DNA of 63,958 nucleotides, the filler included, from Octopus bimaculoides (lineage: Eukaryota): NCBI RefSeq assembly GCF_001194135.2. It is 4 parts of 4 records of this genome, joined end to end, with 100 filler letters (N's around TTAATTAATTAA, not from the genome) between each part and the next. Parts side by side here need not be neighbours in the genome. Positions count along the whole stretch, not along the records: positions 22,339 to 32,259 come from NC_068986.1; positions 32,360 to 62,856 come from NC_068984.1; 2 more parts are not named here. One strand, given 5' to 3'. Shown piece after piece: positions 27,472-39,679 of this stretch (position 1 is its first letter; every line of letters begins with the position of its first letter). The notes under the pieces were generated by a model. It was not told where the DNA came from and did not search any database. It saw nothing but the letters and a program-made list of their open reading frames with translations. A program made the translations under genes and the position numbers.

Positions 27472-28065
27472 TTTCTTTCTATTAAAGACACAAGGCCTGA
27501 AATTTGGGGAAAGAGGATAGTCGATGTCATCGACCCAGTACTCAGCTGGTATTTAATTCATCGACCTGAAATGATGAAAGGAAAAGTCGACCTCGACGGA
27601 ATTTGAACTCAGAACGTAACGGAAGACGAAATACCGCTAAGCATTTCGCCTGTCCTATTAACGTTTCTTATTTCTTTATTGCCCACAAGGAGCCAAACAG
27701 AGGGGACAAACAAGGACGGACAAAGGGATTAAGTCGATTACAGTGCGTAACTGGCACTTAATTTATCGACCCCGAAAGATTGAAAGGCAAAGTCGACCTC
27801 GGCGGAATTTGAACTCAGAACATAGCGTCAGACGCAATACCTTTAAGCATTTCGCCCGACATGCCAGCTCGCCGCCTTATACAAAAACAATATATTCTTT
27901 TCTACTCTAGGCACAAGGTCCGAAATGTTTGGGGAGAGGGACAGTCGATTAGATCGATCCCAAAGTCGACCTCGGCGGAATTTGAACTCAGAACGGACTA
28001 GCAGATGAAATACTGCTAAGCATTTCGCTCGGGGTGCTAACGTTTCTGCCAGCTCCCACCGCCTT
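27472..28065 (-). mobile_element. Three tandem SINE B copies
   Basis: AAAGTCGACCTCG..GGAATTTGAACTCAGAAC occurs three times (near 27585, 27790, 27962). Confidence 0.85.
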
Positions 28066-28129
28066 GTAAAGTTCTAAATATTGAATATACACCTAGTTAG
28101 GAGGGAGTCTTAGTTTCTCTCGAATATAT

Positions 28130-29020
28130 TAACTTCTAACTTTCTACTAAACTTTCTTCTCTCAATCTTTCTTATTTTCCTTCTTTCTTTCACATATATA
28201 TATTTTTCTTTTCCTTCCAGTCATATTGTTTTTTTTTCTTCTTCTTTTTCTTTCCTTAATACTTTTCTCCCTCTTTTCTTATTTGTCTCAGTTTTTTTTT
28301 TTTTTTTTTGTTGGCACTCTTCCTGAAATCCTTCTCTTGTCATGTTTTATTATATTCTTTCTTTATTATATTTATTTAATTCGTTCCTCTTATGTTCTTT
28401 ATGTTTTTATTGTTTCTCTTATATGACTATTAATTCATCTGTCTCCCATCCTTTCATTCATTCATCTTTTATTCTTATTCAACAAATATTTACCTATTTT
28501 TATCTTCAATTCTTTCATTCCGTCTATACTTCTTTCCTTCATTCATCACAACTGTTATTCTACTAATCAATCATTTTATTCACACTTCACTTCTTCCATT
28601 TATATTCCTTTCTTTTCTTCGTTCTTCACTTCATTTCTTGAACTCATTGTTTTCTTTTTTTTTTGTTCTCTCACTAAATTATAATTACTTCTTTAATTAA
28701 TAATTATTCAATTTTTTTTAGTTTTCTTCCAATCAGTGTTTCAGTTTGTAACACATTCATTTAAGTCATTCCATAAGTTTCATAAAAATACTTCTCTTCA
28801 GAATTCCTTTCTTTCTCTTTCTTCGCGACTTTTATTACTTCTTTCCTTCTCTCTTTCTTTCCTTCCTTCGTTCTCTTTTTCTTTCATTCTTCGTTGCTTT
28901 CTATCAGTCGTTCTTTTTCTCTTTCCATAATGTGCTCTGACATTCTTATATTCATTCTTTACGAGAAATCGTTCTCTACATACCATCTGCGCTTCTTTCT
29001 CATTGACATCTCTCTTATAT

Positions 29021-29089
<69 letters not shown>
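28130..29089. repeat. CT-rich low-complexity tract ending in (TC)n at a gap
   Basis: Direct inspection. Confidence 0.85.
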
Positions 29090-30344
29090 NNNNNNNNNNN
29101 NNNNNNNNNNNNNNNNNNNNNNNNNNNNNNNNNNNNNNNNNNNNNNNNNNNNNNNNNNNNNNNNNNNNNNNNNNNNNNNNNNNNNNNNNNNNNNNNNNNN
29201 NNNNNNNNNNNNNNNNNNNNNNNNNNNNNNNNNNNNNNNNNNNNNNNNNNNNNNNNNNNNNNNNNNNNNNNNNNNNNNNNNNNNNNNNNNNNNNNNNNNN
29301 NNNNNNNNNNNNNNNNNNNNNNNNNNNNNNNNNNNNNNNNNNNNNNNNNNNNNNNNNNNNNNNNNNNNNNNNNNNNNNNNNNNNNNNNNNNNNNNNNNNN
29401 NNNNNNNNNNNNNNNNNNNNNNNNNNNNNNNNNNNNNNNNNNNNNNNNNNNNNNNNNNNNNNNNNNNNNNNNNNNNNNNNNNNNNNNNNNNNNNNNNNNN
29501 NNNNNNNNNNNNNNNNNNNNNNNNNNNNNNNNNNNNNNNNNNNNNNNNNNNNNNNNNNNNNNNNNNNNNNNNNNNNNNNNNNNNNNNNNNNNNNNNNNNN
29601 NNNNNNNNNNNNNNNNNNNNNNNNNNNNNNNNNNNNNNNNNNNNNNNNNNNNNNNNNNNNNNNNNNNNNNNNNNNNNNNNNNNNNNNNNNNNNNNNNNNN
29701 NNNNNNNNNNNNNNNNNNNNNNNNNNNNNNNNNNNATATATATATATATATATATACGTATGGAAGCACACATATATATAGGCACGTATAAATGTAATAA
29801 CTCTATAATGAATAGAAGGAATTTAAAAGCTGGTAAGCCTTCAATTTTGTAGGATTTATATGGTGTGATAAAGGGAATTAGCGATGCAATTAGACTATCG
29901 ATTTACAAAGCCTCGTATGGAATACTTTTTTATAGATGTCACAAGTAGTCAACGCATTGGCTAAACATTTTCTCTAATCCACCTTCATCCCTGCCCCGGT
30001 GTGGTTCTAGCGTTTTATGGAATGAAGCCGAGAATAAATTCTGTCAGAATTCAGATTAACACTGTTCGTTATTTTTGAAGAATGTTGATGAATCGTGGAA
30101 ATTTTTTTTGAAAGAAAGAAATGAAAATATTCTTGAAGTAAAATAAGAAAATAAATAACGTGCATATGAACACACACTGGACCGAACACAACTACATACG
30201 CCTTGGTGGGCGTGTACTTACGTTAATAAATAAATAGACATATCAATGTGCATATATTTCTATATGCATTAAGATTGGCAAGAATTTCCTACACATACTT
30301 CCATCCATACATACACACATGTACATACATAAGCACATACATAC

Positions 30345-30399
<55 letters not shown>

Positions 30400-30654
30400 C
30401 AAATATGTGTGTGTGTGTTTGTGTATGTATATGTATATATTTATACATTACATATATTGTCTTTATGTATGTATAAATACATACATACGGTTATGTATAT
30501 GTGTGTGTAGCTATAATATATATATATATATATATATATTTATAAAATATACACCTCTGTCTATCTGTCTGTCTATCTCTCTCTCTCAATTAAATAGATA
30601 ATATACCATAAATCATCGGCATATCGACTTTGGTTGCAATCTAAAACATATACA

Positions 30655-30790
30655 ATTGGGTTCTATATTTAAGAGATGAGGAATTATGTACATTATTTAC
30701 ATTGTTTACATTTGACGAATATTTGTCCTCATCTTGTTTGTTGTTAACACAACACTTCGGCCTTCATCAGGTGTCTTGTGGAAATTTCGA
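30655..30790 (-). mobile_element. Penelope-like terminal repeat fragment with collapsed hammerhead core
   Basis: Minus strand GACAC-CTGATGA-AGGCC-GAAG-TGTTGTGTTAAC. Confidence 0.5.
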
Positions 30791-31984
30791 GCGCACTCAA
30801 AAACCCGTCCGTGTGTCTACCTTTGCATGATCAGATGTTTTTATTAATTTTACGACTTTTTCTTGTAGCGGAAGTAGTATGTTTTGGCGACCTCTGAAGA
30901 AACTCTTATTACGTATATTACGCAAATTTATGTATTTTTTTACATTGTCCTTCGTTTGGTTATTCAAGGAAATTTGAAACCTGCATAAGACTAACTTTAT
31001 ACATTGTGGATCTCCGGAATAACATCGCAAACAATTACTACCGTGTCCTTTCTTGGCTAAAAGTGTTGTCTGTCATTATTCATCTGCTGTTTTGCTTTAT
31101 TGATTACGTCTTCTATTTGAGTTGTCAATCTCTTAAGTCTTCTTAAATATTTTATTTCCTTACGTACAGAAGGAGCTGAGTTGTGACAAACAAACAAAAT
31201 TCGCTAGAATTGAGACAACATTTTGGAAACGATGCATGTAGATGTTTTCAAAGTGTACATTTGCAGTGTACATAATTGACTCCCTAAAATCTAACTCTGT
31301 TTCGGAATATTTTCTCAAGCATTCTGCAAGAAATACATACCTGCATTGGATTATAGATACAAAAGCGAACAATCTACTTAAAGAAGTGTAAATTGGGTGG
31401 CGGCTGAGCGTAGTCAGCTTTCAGGACATTTTAGGAGAAATACCTACACCTACGAGCATCCAACTTCTACAATTGTGCAGAAAGTTTTATTCTTTTAAAT
31501 AACAAAACACATGTAGAAGTCCAAATAAAGTTGCATTTGGAAGAAGTTTAGAAAAGTCTATTCAAAATGCCTTGCTTAGAAAAACAGATATGTATTCGTC
31601 AATAGGAACATATTTCTATACATATTGAATGCCATTGCACAGATTTTGGCAAACAATACTGTACATCATTAGAAGGCAAAACTTTCACCACATTTTGCTT
31701 AATAAGTACAGACATACAAGAGCGTCATTGCATTCGTCTGGAGTTCAAAACCACCATGATTGCAGTATAATAAATATTCACATAATATCATAGATAACTT
31801 TCCCCACACACACTAATTTCCATGACTCTAATTCCCAACACATATATTATATCTTCATCTGTGTGTGTGTGTGTGTGTGTGTGTTTGTGTGTGTGGGTGG
31901 GTGTGTGTAGTGAAATTCAATAAACGAACATTAAAAATAACAATAACGAAACGTTAAATCTTTTACCATTCCTGAGCGTCTGAT

Positions 31985-32117
31985 AATACAGTAATCTTGG
32001 GGGAAGGTGCCAGTCGATTAGATCGACCCCAGTATGCTACTGGTACTTAATTTTTCGACCTCGAAAGGATGAAAGGCAAAAATCGACCTCGGCGGAAATT
32101 GAACTCAGAACGTAAAA
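31985..32117 (-). mobile_element. SINE B fragment
   Basis: Family motif match. Confidence 0.8.
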
Positions 32118-32259
32118 CTCATTAATCAATATTGATCCTGCATTAATCGATATTTTCCGCCCTTCCTTAGAACATCTACCCTCTGGTATTTCCTCTCTAC
32201 TCATAAAATTCGTGCAGATATTCACTAGAACGGGAGCTTGAAACACCTCACCACAAACA

Positions 32260-32359
32260 NNNNNNNNNNNNNNNNNNNNNNNNNNNNNNNNNNNNNNNNN
32301 NNNTTAATTAATTAANNNNNNNNNNNNNNNNNNNNNNNNNNNNNNNNNNNNNNNNNNNN
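32260..32359. other. In-silico scaffold join spacer
   Basis: 44 N + TTAATTAATTAA (32304-32315) + 44 N. Confidence 0.9.
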
Positions 32360-32384
32360 AACTCGGAATCTTGGGGTTATTAGC

Positions 32385-32500
32385 CACATGCCCGTGGTTA
32401 ACAGCGTGGGCTACTAACCCCAAGATTCCGAGTTCGATTCCAGGCTGTGACCTGAATAATAATAATAATAATAATAATGATAATAACAACAACAACATTG
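32385..32500 (+). mobile_element. Short tRNA-derived SINE with (AAT)n tail
   Basis: CCCGTGGTTAA A-box-like, GAGTTCGATTCC B-box, then AAT repeats. Confidence 0.7.
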
Positions 32501-32762
32501 AGAAATACCTTAGGAAGGAAGTTTGAGATGGCGTGTTCTCTCCACATAACTGCCAACCTACTGTAAGCAATTTTGTGCGTGTGTTTAGAGACTATGATAT
32601 TTTAGCTAGTTTTCAATATTTTATTACTTGTAACGGTTATCGTGCCTTGCAGACTTATGCTTATCGGGCTCGGTCTCCTATGGCGCTCGGTCTCCCATCC
32701 AGAATACGGCCACATTAGACGCAGGACAATACATACATACATACATACATACATACATACAT

Positions 32763-32808
<46 letters not shown>

Positions 32809-33325
32809 CGCATCTTTAACACCGGCAGATATAGTACTTTAAATTCCTTGTCTGAGAAGTCGAGATGTTGTTCATGTCGATCGATTGCATTACAGCTTTT
32901 AAGGAAATAACAATCATTCTTATATTGCAAATAAACTATTCTCTCTTGTCCTTGTATAATGGATTATCTTCTTAGTTAATTAATTGTTACTCATCATCAC
33001 CGTGCTCCTCTTAACATATTTCTGAAGAATTTAATTGTTTATTAGAGACCGACGAAATGAACTGACAATTGTCCTTTCATTTTTAAATGACATTACTGAT
33101 GCTTAAATTTTCTTCGTCGGAACAATCTTCTACTATCGAAGCTATTTCACTGAGTTCAATTTACAACAGATCGACATAATAATTAGCTACATTCTTGACT
33201 ACCGAATCTGTATTTTGATCACCATCATCGAATGTAGGTACTTTCAAACACGTATTTGGTTACGCACCTTCACTGCTGTTATTCTCTGTCAAGTGAAATT
33301 AAATATTTATCTCTGTTTAAGAGTA

Positions 33326-34150
33326 AAGGTACGTGGCTTAGTGCTTAGGGAGTTGTTGCTCTCACATTCTCGTAATCGTGGCTTTGATATCCGAACTGGG
33401 TGATGTGTTGTGTTTTTGAGTAAAATACTTCATTTCATGTTGCTCCAGTTAACTCAGCTATAAATGAGTAACCCCTGCGACGGGCTGGCATCATATTCAG
33501 GGAGTAAGTTGTGATCTCGATCACTTATACGCCATGGAAACCGGATAACCGGCCTCGAAATTTCTTTTCTCACGAGAGTTCCGGACCCCAATTATGAACT
33601 CATTTGCATACAGCCAATCAGAGTTCAACTATCAAACTAATTTATGAACGCATAACAAGTGATGAGCGATGAGATAAGGTCACTTGGGTAAGGAATGACC
33701 ATGCTTCTTTTCTCTTTTAAAAATGCTTGTTGTTCTTGTGCTTGTTTCAACCATGGCTGCCTCTGCGCAGTTATTTGTGTTGTTGTTTACTTTGTAAAAC
33801 AGTAAGAGGTGAGGGTTGCTGGCACATCACCCTCTACCCACATTTTTGCCATCCACATCTTTACCATATTGGGCCCTAACAAAATCCGATAATAGATATC
33901 GATACAAATCTATCTAATCACTTGTCTCCTTCTAAAATCAGGTATAACTTGGCGATCGGTCGACTTACAACACCGTTCTTCGTCTTGAGTTTACTTGGTA
34001 GAGTGTGTTTGTTAACTTGACAAGGTGAAGGTGAGCTCTGATTGGCTGTATGCAAATGAGTTAATTGCTGGGGTCCAGAACTCTCGTGGGAAATTTTTTT
34101 TCGCTAACAGGCCCTGTGAGGCCTGGTATTCGAGACAGAACTTACTTTAC
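33326..34150 (+). mobile_element. SINE family C split by a MITE insertion
   Basis: GTGGCTTAGTG head, CCCTGCGACGGGCTGGCATC V-like core; 3' end resumes at 34105. Confidence 0.7.
33555..34104. mobile_element. Mutator-like MITE (~70-bp TIRs, 9-bp TSD)
   Basis: CACGAGAGTTCCGGACCCC..AACTCATTTGCATACAGCCAATCAGAG inverted at both ends; TAACCGGCC (33546-54) / TAACAGGCC (34105-13). Confidence 0.75.
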
Positions 34151-34354
34151 TGTTTTTAGTGTTCGCGTAGATGTCCTTTATTTGATGTCCCTGACGTTTG
34201 CTTCAGAAGAAAACAATATTTCGAAGAGATGTTTGTGTAGGACGCACCCTTGTTTGATGCCTCTACAAATATCAAACCTGTCAGATAGCTGCTGCCACTG
34301 TTCAGACTATCATCGTGGAAATATCCGATGATACTTTGTGGCTTTCAGGTAAAC

Positions 34355-34442
<88 letters not shown>

Positions 34443-35302
34443 TGTGTGTATGTACAGTTACATAACTATAAGCAGGCACACATACGGCATACGCTTATAT
34501 AAATACATATGAAAATTATCCCATCATGCTGTGGAGGTTTTGGTACGCATAAAAAAATCTGTGTACATACATAATACATACACACACACACACACACACA
34601 CACATATCCTACATATATATATATATATATAATACATGCATATACGTATGTGTACACACTACACGCACACACACGTATAGTCTCATATTGACATACTCTA
34701 AAAAACAAAAAAAGAATGAAAGACAAAGCTTTTCCTTCGTGTTGAATACGATGCCACAGCGTATGATCGATGCTCAGTTTTGTTGTACTTCGTATATAAA
34801 TCTCCATAAAGATGAAAAGACTTGAGTAAGCAAATGTTAACGACATCTGACATATTTTACTTTGATATATGGTCGGCAGAAGCAAATCTCCCCCTCTCTC
34901 TAACTCTTCCTCTCCTCCCCCCCTCTCTCTCTCTCTCTCTTCACGTTATACAGTGTTCCAATTTTAATATTATACTGAGCTGTCCGTTATATTATGAATA
35001 ACGCGGACGAGAATGTCAATGCAAGTTTTGTTTCTTTTGTTAGTTAGCTTGTGTATTTGTTGTTGTTGTTGTTCGTCTTCGTTTGTTGTTCGGTAGTTCG
35101 TTTGTTTATTTGTTTGTTTGTTTGTTATTGTTTTGGATTTAAAATTTTAAATTGAGTTGTGTTTCAGAAATCGAAACGGAGAAGTGAAAAAAAAAAAGAA
35201 AAGAAAAAAAGAAAAAGTAAATTTTATGAAAGTTTGATCTTCGATTGAGGTTTTTCAAACGTCACAGCACAACAAATGTAATGGGTATGGTCAATTAGGC
35301 TA

Positions 35303-35334
<32 letters not shown>

Positions 35335-35689
35335 CGCTCGAGTGTTGTGTGTGTGTGTGTGTGTGTATTCGTTTTATCCATTCTGGCACACACACAGAAA
35401 CGCACACACATGCACACACTGTGGAGATACGAAAAACAGTGATGTTAAGCTGTACTCACCAAGGATCGGTTGAAAGAAAAAGAAAAAAATTCTAAATGTA
35501 CTTAATTCAACTTAGAGGTCACTACTACTGCTGTTTTGTGAATGACAGCAATATTCTCTTCAAAACAGCCAATGTGAAACTAAATAAAACTTTGTTTTAT
35601 GAAAATCTGAAGCGTTATACATACATACATACATACATACATACATACATACATACATACATACATACATACGTACGTACATACATGTA

Positions 35690-37046
35690 TTCGATAATGC
35701 CTAAAAATCGACAGTCTGGTCCTAAGGTACCCAAAAGTTAAATGTTGCAAACTTTAAATTATCAAGCAACTTGCAAAGATTCCACGGTGCTATAAAAAGT
35801 GTCAATCTTGACCCAAACAATTTATGGGAAGATTTCAAAACAAAAGTATTTCAGGCTGCAAGTTCGTCAGTGGGATTTAAATCACATAAGTCCAGTGACT
35901 GGTTGTCTGATAGATCAGCAGAAATTCATGATCTACTCTTAGAAAAACAAAACTTAGGCAATACACTTCTTTCTCAGTCCTTGAACCCCAACTCAAACGA
36001 AGATTACAGAAAGCTGAAAAGGCAAGTGCAGACTGCTCTAAGGAAAATTAAACAGGAATGGTGGAATGATAGAGTAAAAGAGACACAAGAAGCAGCTGAT
36101 AGAAATGATGCCAAGGGTTTGTACTCTTATGTTAAGGAGGTACATGGCCCCAAATCTTCTTCAATAGCTCCAGTGAGAACAGCAAATGGACGTTTTCTTC
36201 TGATTGACACCGCTTCTATGCATAAGCGCTGGGTAGAACATTTTTCTGCACTTCTGAACAGATCATCATCCGTTGACATGAGGACGATAGAAAAAATCGA
36301 ACACTTTCCAGTTATAGAAGTGATGGCATTTGAACCAACTCTAAATGACATTTATTTAGCTGTGAATAAGCTGAATAACAATAAGTCTCCAGGGTCTGAT
36401 GGACTCTGTGCAGAAGTCTTGAAATATGGAGGTGACAAAAGATGTTTGAACTCTTAGATATATCAATTTGTCACTGTTGGAGAACTAAGAAAGTTCCTCA
36501 AGACTGGATTGATGCAATTTTAGTCTCCTTGTATAAATCGGGGCCAAAAGGGTCTGTGTGGTAAATTTCGTGGGATTTCGCTTTTGTCGCTTTTGTTAAG
36601 AACGTTTAAATACCTTTATAGTTTCAAATATAGTGTCTGTGTCTCAGTGTGGTTTTCGTTCCTCCAGGGGCACAACTGATTGTATCTTTACTGTCAGACA
36701 ATTACAAGAAAAGTGCATTGAACAGAATCTTGCCCTATACCATTGCCTTGTTGATTTGAACAAAGCATTCGATACTGTAAATCGAAATGCTCTGTGGCTA
36801 ATTCTAAGGAAAATAGGTTGCCCAGAAAAATTTGTAAACATGATCAGGGCTTTGTATCAAGATATGAAAGCTAGAGTTAATTTTAGTGGTAGGATCTCTG
36901 AATCTTTTGCTGTGGAAAATGGAGTAAAGCAAGATCTTAATGCACCCACCCTCTTTGCTATATACTTTGCTGTTGTGTTGTCACAGGTTGTTCAAAACTC
37001 TGAGGAGGGTATTTACATAAAATATCGAACAGCGAATGTTTTTAAT
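35690..37046 (+). pseudogene. Truncated RTE-clade LINE ORF (post-endonuclease linker plus RT N-half), frameshifted
   Basis: KSPGSDG, QCGFRSSRGTTDCIF..LQEKC.EQ..VDLNKAFDTVNR, GVKQ..APTLF; breaks off before YADD. Confidence 0.9.
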
Positions 37047-37900
37047 CTGACCAGACTCCCTAATACCGTATCGTTAACCAGTACCCTGGCATTCTTCTCC
37101 CTATCCCAAACTAGACCTTGTTCAGGTATCACTGTTTCTGTGCCATCAGATCAGTGGTTCTCAGCCAATTTTTATTTACAGACCCTTTGATTACTATTTT
37201 ATTCTGGTGGACCTCCACAGCCATTCGATGTTTAAAAACTACTTTTACTGGTACTTCTTTCAAAATTCCTAGTTTGTTTTTCACTCATTCACTTGTGTAG
37301 CTTGAACTATGTAAAACGTCAGAGAAACAAACCGTGCTGTTTTTTTGCAATACATTCATTTTTACATAGAAAAAAAGACTTTACATGGACACTGAAAATA
37401 CTACAGTGGATCTGCAATTTATTCTTATATGGACTCCCAGAGGCCATATGGAGTTCGGTTGAGAAACCAGAGTTTAATCAAACCGACACACTTCTCATAT
37501 TTCTAGTGCACATATTTTTTAGTTGAAGCTCACTAAATAATAAGATTCCATTCATTCGCTCAAGCACATTTTTCATCTGTTTCTACACTAGTTGTAACGA
37601 TCTCTCCTCCTCTGAACGAGTTGTTTGTGCATACTTTCCATTCAGACTCACATTGCATACGTCCCCGTCTTTCTCTCATCCCTATTAATACGTTTCACCT
37701 CCCAGATCCTTCACCTCACCAAATCTTCCCTCCTTTAGATAAAAAAACCTTCTTTAATATCCTTCCTCCTCCTCTGCCCAACTTTTCTGCAACAGACATC
37801 GATCACCAGATGAATGTCAACAATATTGGTCGCACCAGTTTTGGTCAGTCTGCAAAGATAATAAATACCGTTTTTCAACCTTGGATTAATTAAGAAAAAT
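37047..37900 (-). pseudogene. Possible highly decayed APE endonuclease segment of a LINE, inverted, split by a hAT MITE
   Basis: Minus-strand remnants EVKRIN, YAQTTRSEEE and a GDFNAKI-like nucleotide stretch AGTGAGCTTCAACTAAAAAATA; short and frameshifted. Confidence 0.35.
37152..37472. mobile_element. hAT (Charlie-like) MITE
   Basis: CAGTGGTTCTCAGCC ... GGTTGAGAAACCAGAG termini; related inverted copy at 47146-47413. Confidence 0.75.
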
Positions 37901-37954
37901 GGTCATACGTCTTTTTGATAGAATTATTAGGGTGTCGGAAAAAGATGACTTGTA

Positions 37955-38047
37955 CTCTTTTACTCTTTTACTTGTTTCAGTCATTTGACGTAAACACACC
38001 AGCATCGGTTGTCAGGTGATGTTGGGGGGACAAACACAGACACACAA

Positions 38048-38084
<37 letters not shown>

Positions 38085-38232
38085 CATATATACGACGGGC
38101 TTCTTTCAGTTTCCGTCTACCAAATCCACTCACAAGGCTTTGGTCGGCCCGAGGCTATAGTAGAAGACACTTGCCCAAGATGTCACGCAGTGGGACTGAA
38201 CCCGGAACCATGTGGTTGGTAAGCAAGCTACT
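37955..38232 (-). mobile_element. SINE A with internal deletion
   Basis: Close match to family consensus; jumps from TCATTTGA to CGTAAACACACC. Confidence 0.9.
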
Positions 38233-38837
38233 GAGAGTAATCTCAATATTTTATTGAGAGTAATCTCAATAATAGTGCAGTGACTAAATCAAGTGGTTCA
38301 CGTGATTAAGTTCAAGACTGCTGACTTTGCCTTTTAACCCACCGAAGACGATAAAACGTCATCTATCAGTTCACATGCTCTTTCGAGTCGCTGAACTACA
38401 TTTACACAGCACTTCCTTACAGATGTGTCACTTTGTACCAAAAAGAAATCCTCTTTCTCTTCTTGGACTGGAAGTACACGTGCACGCGCGCGCACACACA
38501 CACAGGCACGCACGCACGCACGCACGCACGTACATACAAATAGAGAAAGATAGGTTATAATTTATCAATTGAACACGACTGGCATAAACACTTTTCCTCT
38601 CCTCATATACATAAACAGAAGAGAGACAGACAGACAGACAGACAGATAGAGAGAGATAGAAAAAAGGAAGAAAGGAAGAAAGAAAGAAACATTAAATCGA
38701 GAAAAATGTTTAAATTAGTTCAGATATATCTGAGATATATTTGATTTGTACAAAGGCCGTAGTCACTGCTATTTGTCATTGAGAAGAATTCTTGTGTTAG
38801 GCAGTCAGTATTAAAAAACACCAAGAGTCATTTCAAG

Positions 38838-38851
38838 GCGCCCTCTGGCGG
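38838..38851 (-). promoter_or_regulatory. CTCF-like motif CCGCCAGAGGGCGC
   Basis: Matches core CC(A/G)C(C/T)AG(A/G)(G/T)GGC(A/G) in sequence not recognised as repeat. Confidence 0.45.
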
Positions 38852-39679
38852 AGCAATGAATGCATCTCTAGCTTCTTGGCTATTATCTGTACCTTATAAC
38901 CCTGAAATGACTTTGGAAACCCTCGCTTCAAAGTTGTCTCTCTTGGCATTTTTAAATACCTATTGCTTGAAGCGATGAATATGGCCTTTGTACCGGTGAA
39001 ATATGCCCCAAACACATTTGAACTAATCTAAATGTTTATGTACTCGCAGCATTGCTTTTACGAAAACTACAATATTAAAACGATAAAAATACTAAAACGT
39101 CTGATGTCAAATAAATCAGCGTTGAAACAGCGACGCCAAATGGGCTGTGCCAAAACGGCTGTTCCAAAACGTCTCCTACCTCAATGATCAAAGGCATGTC
39201 AGCCGTAACAACCCTGCCTTTTACTCTGACTGAGTGGTCAAATGGTTAAGGTACTAGTCTTACGATCATAAGGCGGTGCTTTCTGTTACTCAATCGAGTG
39301 ACACGTCGTTTCCTTGAGCAAGTCTCTTTATTTCACGTTGTTCTAATCTGCTCAGCTGAAAATGAATATAGTCTAGTACTGACGCATTCTTTCACCCGCC
39401 TCCATCCGCTATATCCTGTATGTTCCGCTGGGTGAAAGGTGAGACAGTCGAATGGGTGCTTCTGTCTGCTCACGATTACACAGGTATCTAAAAATAAGTA
39501 ACAAAAGCATAGTACATACTACCAAGTACTTACTCGCGACTGACGGCCATCATGATTTTCTTATATTTATTTTTTCTTTTTATTTTTGTTATATCGAAAA
39601 CTACATTATCCAATGTATCCCTCGTTCTTCTTTTGCTGCTATTTTATTTTGGCCAGTGCGCTAACGGTGCTACCGCCGC

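Noticed and set aside
27470-28065. Regular repeats resembling a CRISPR array
   Set aside because: These are tandem SINE copies in eukaryotic DNA; no unique spacers and no cas genes
34268-34331. Possible small exon ending TTTCAG|GTAAAC
   Set aside because: Weak acceptor and no recognisable peptide
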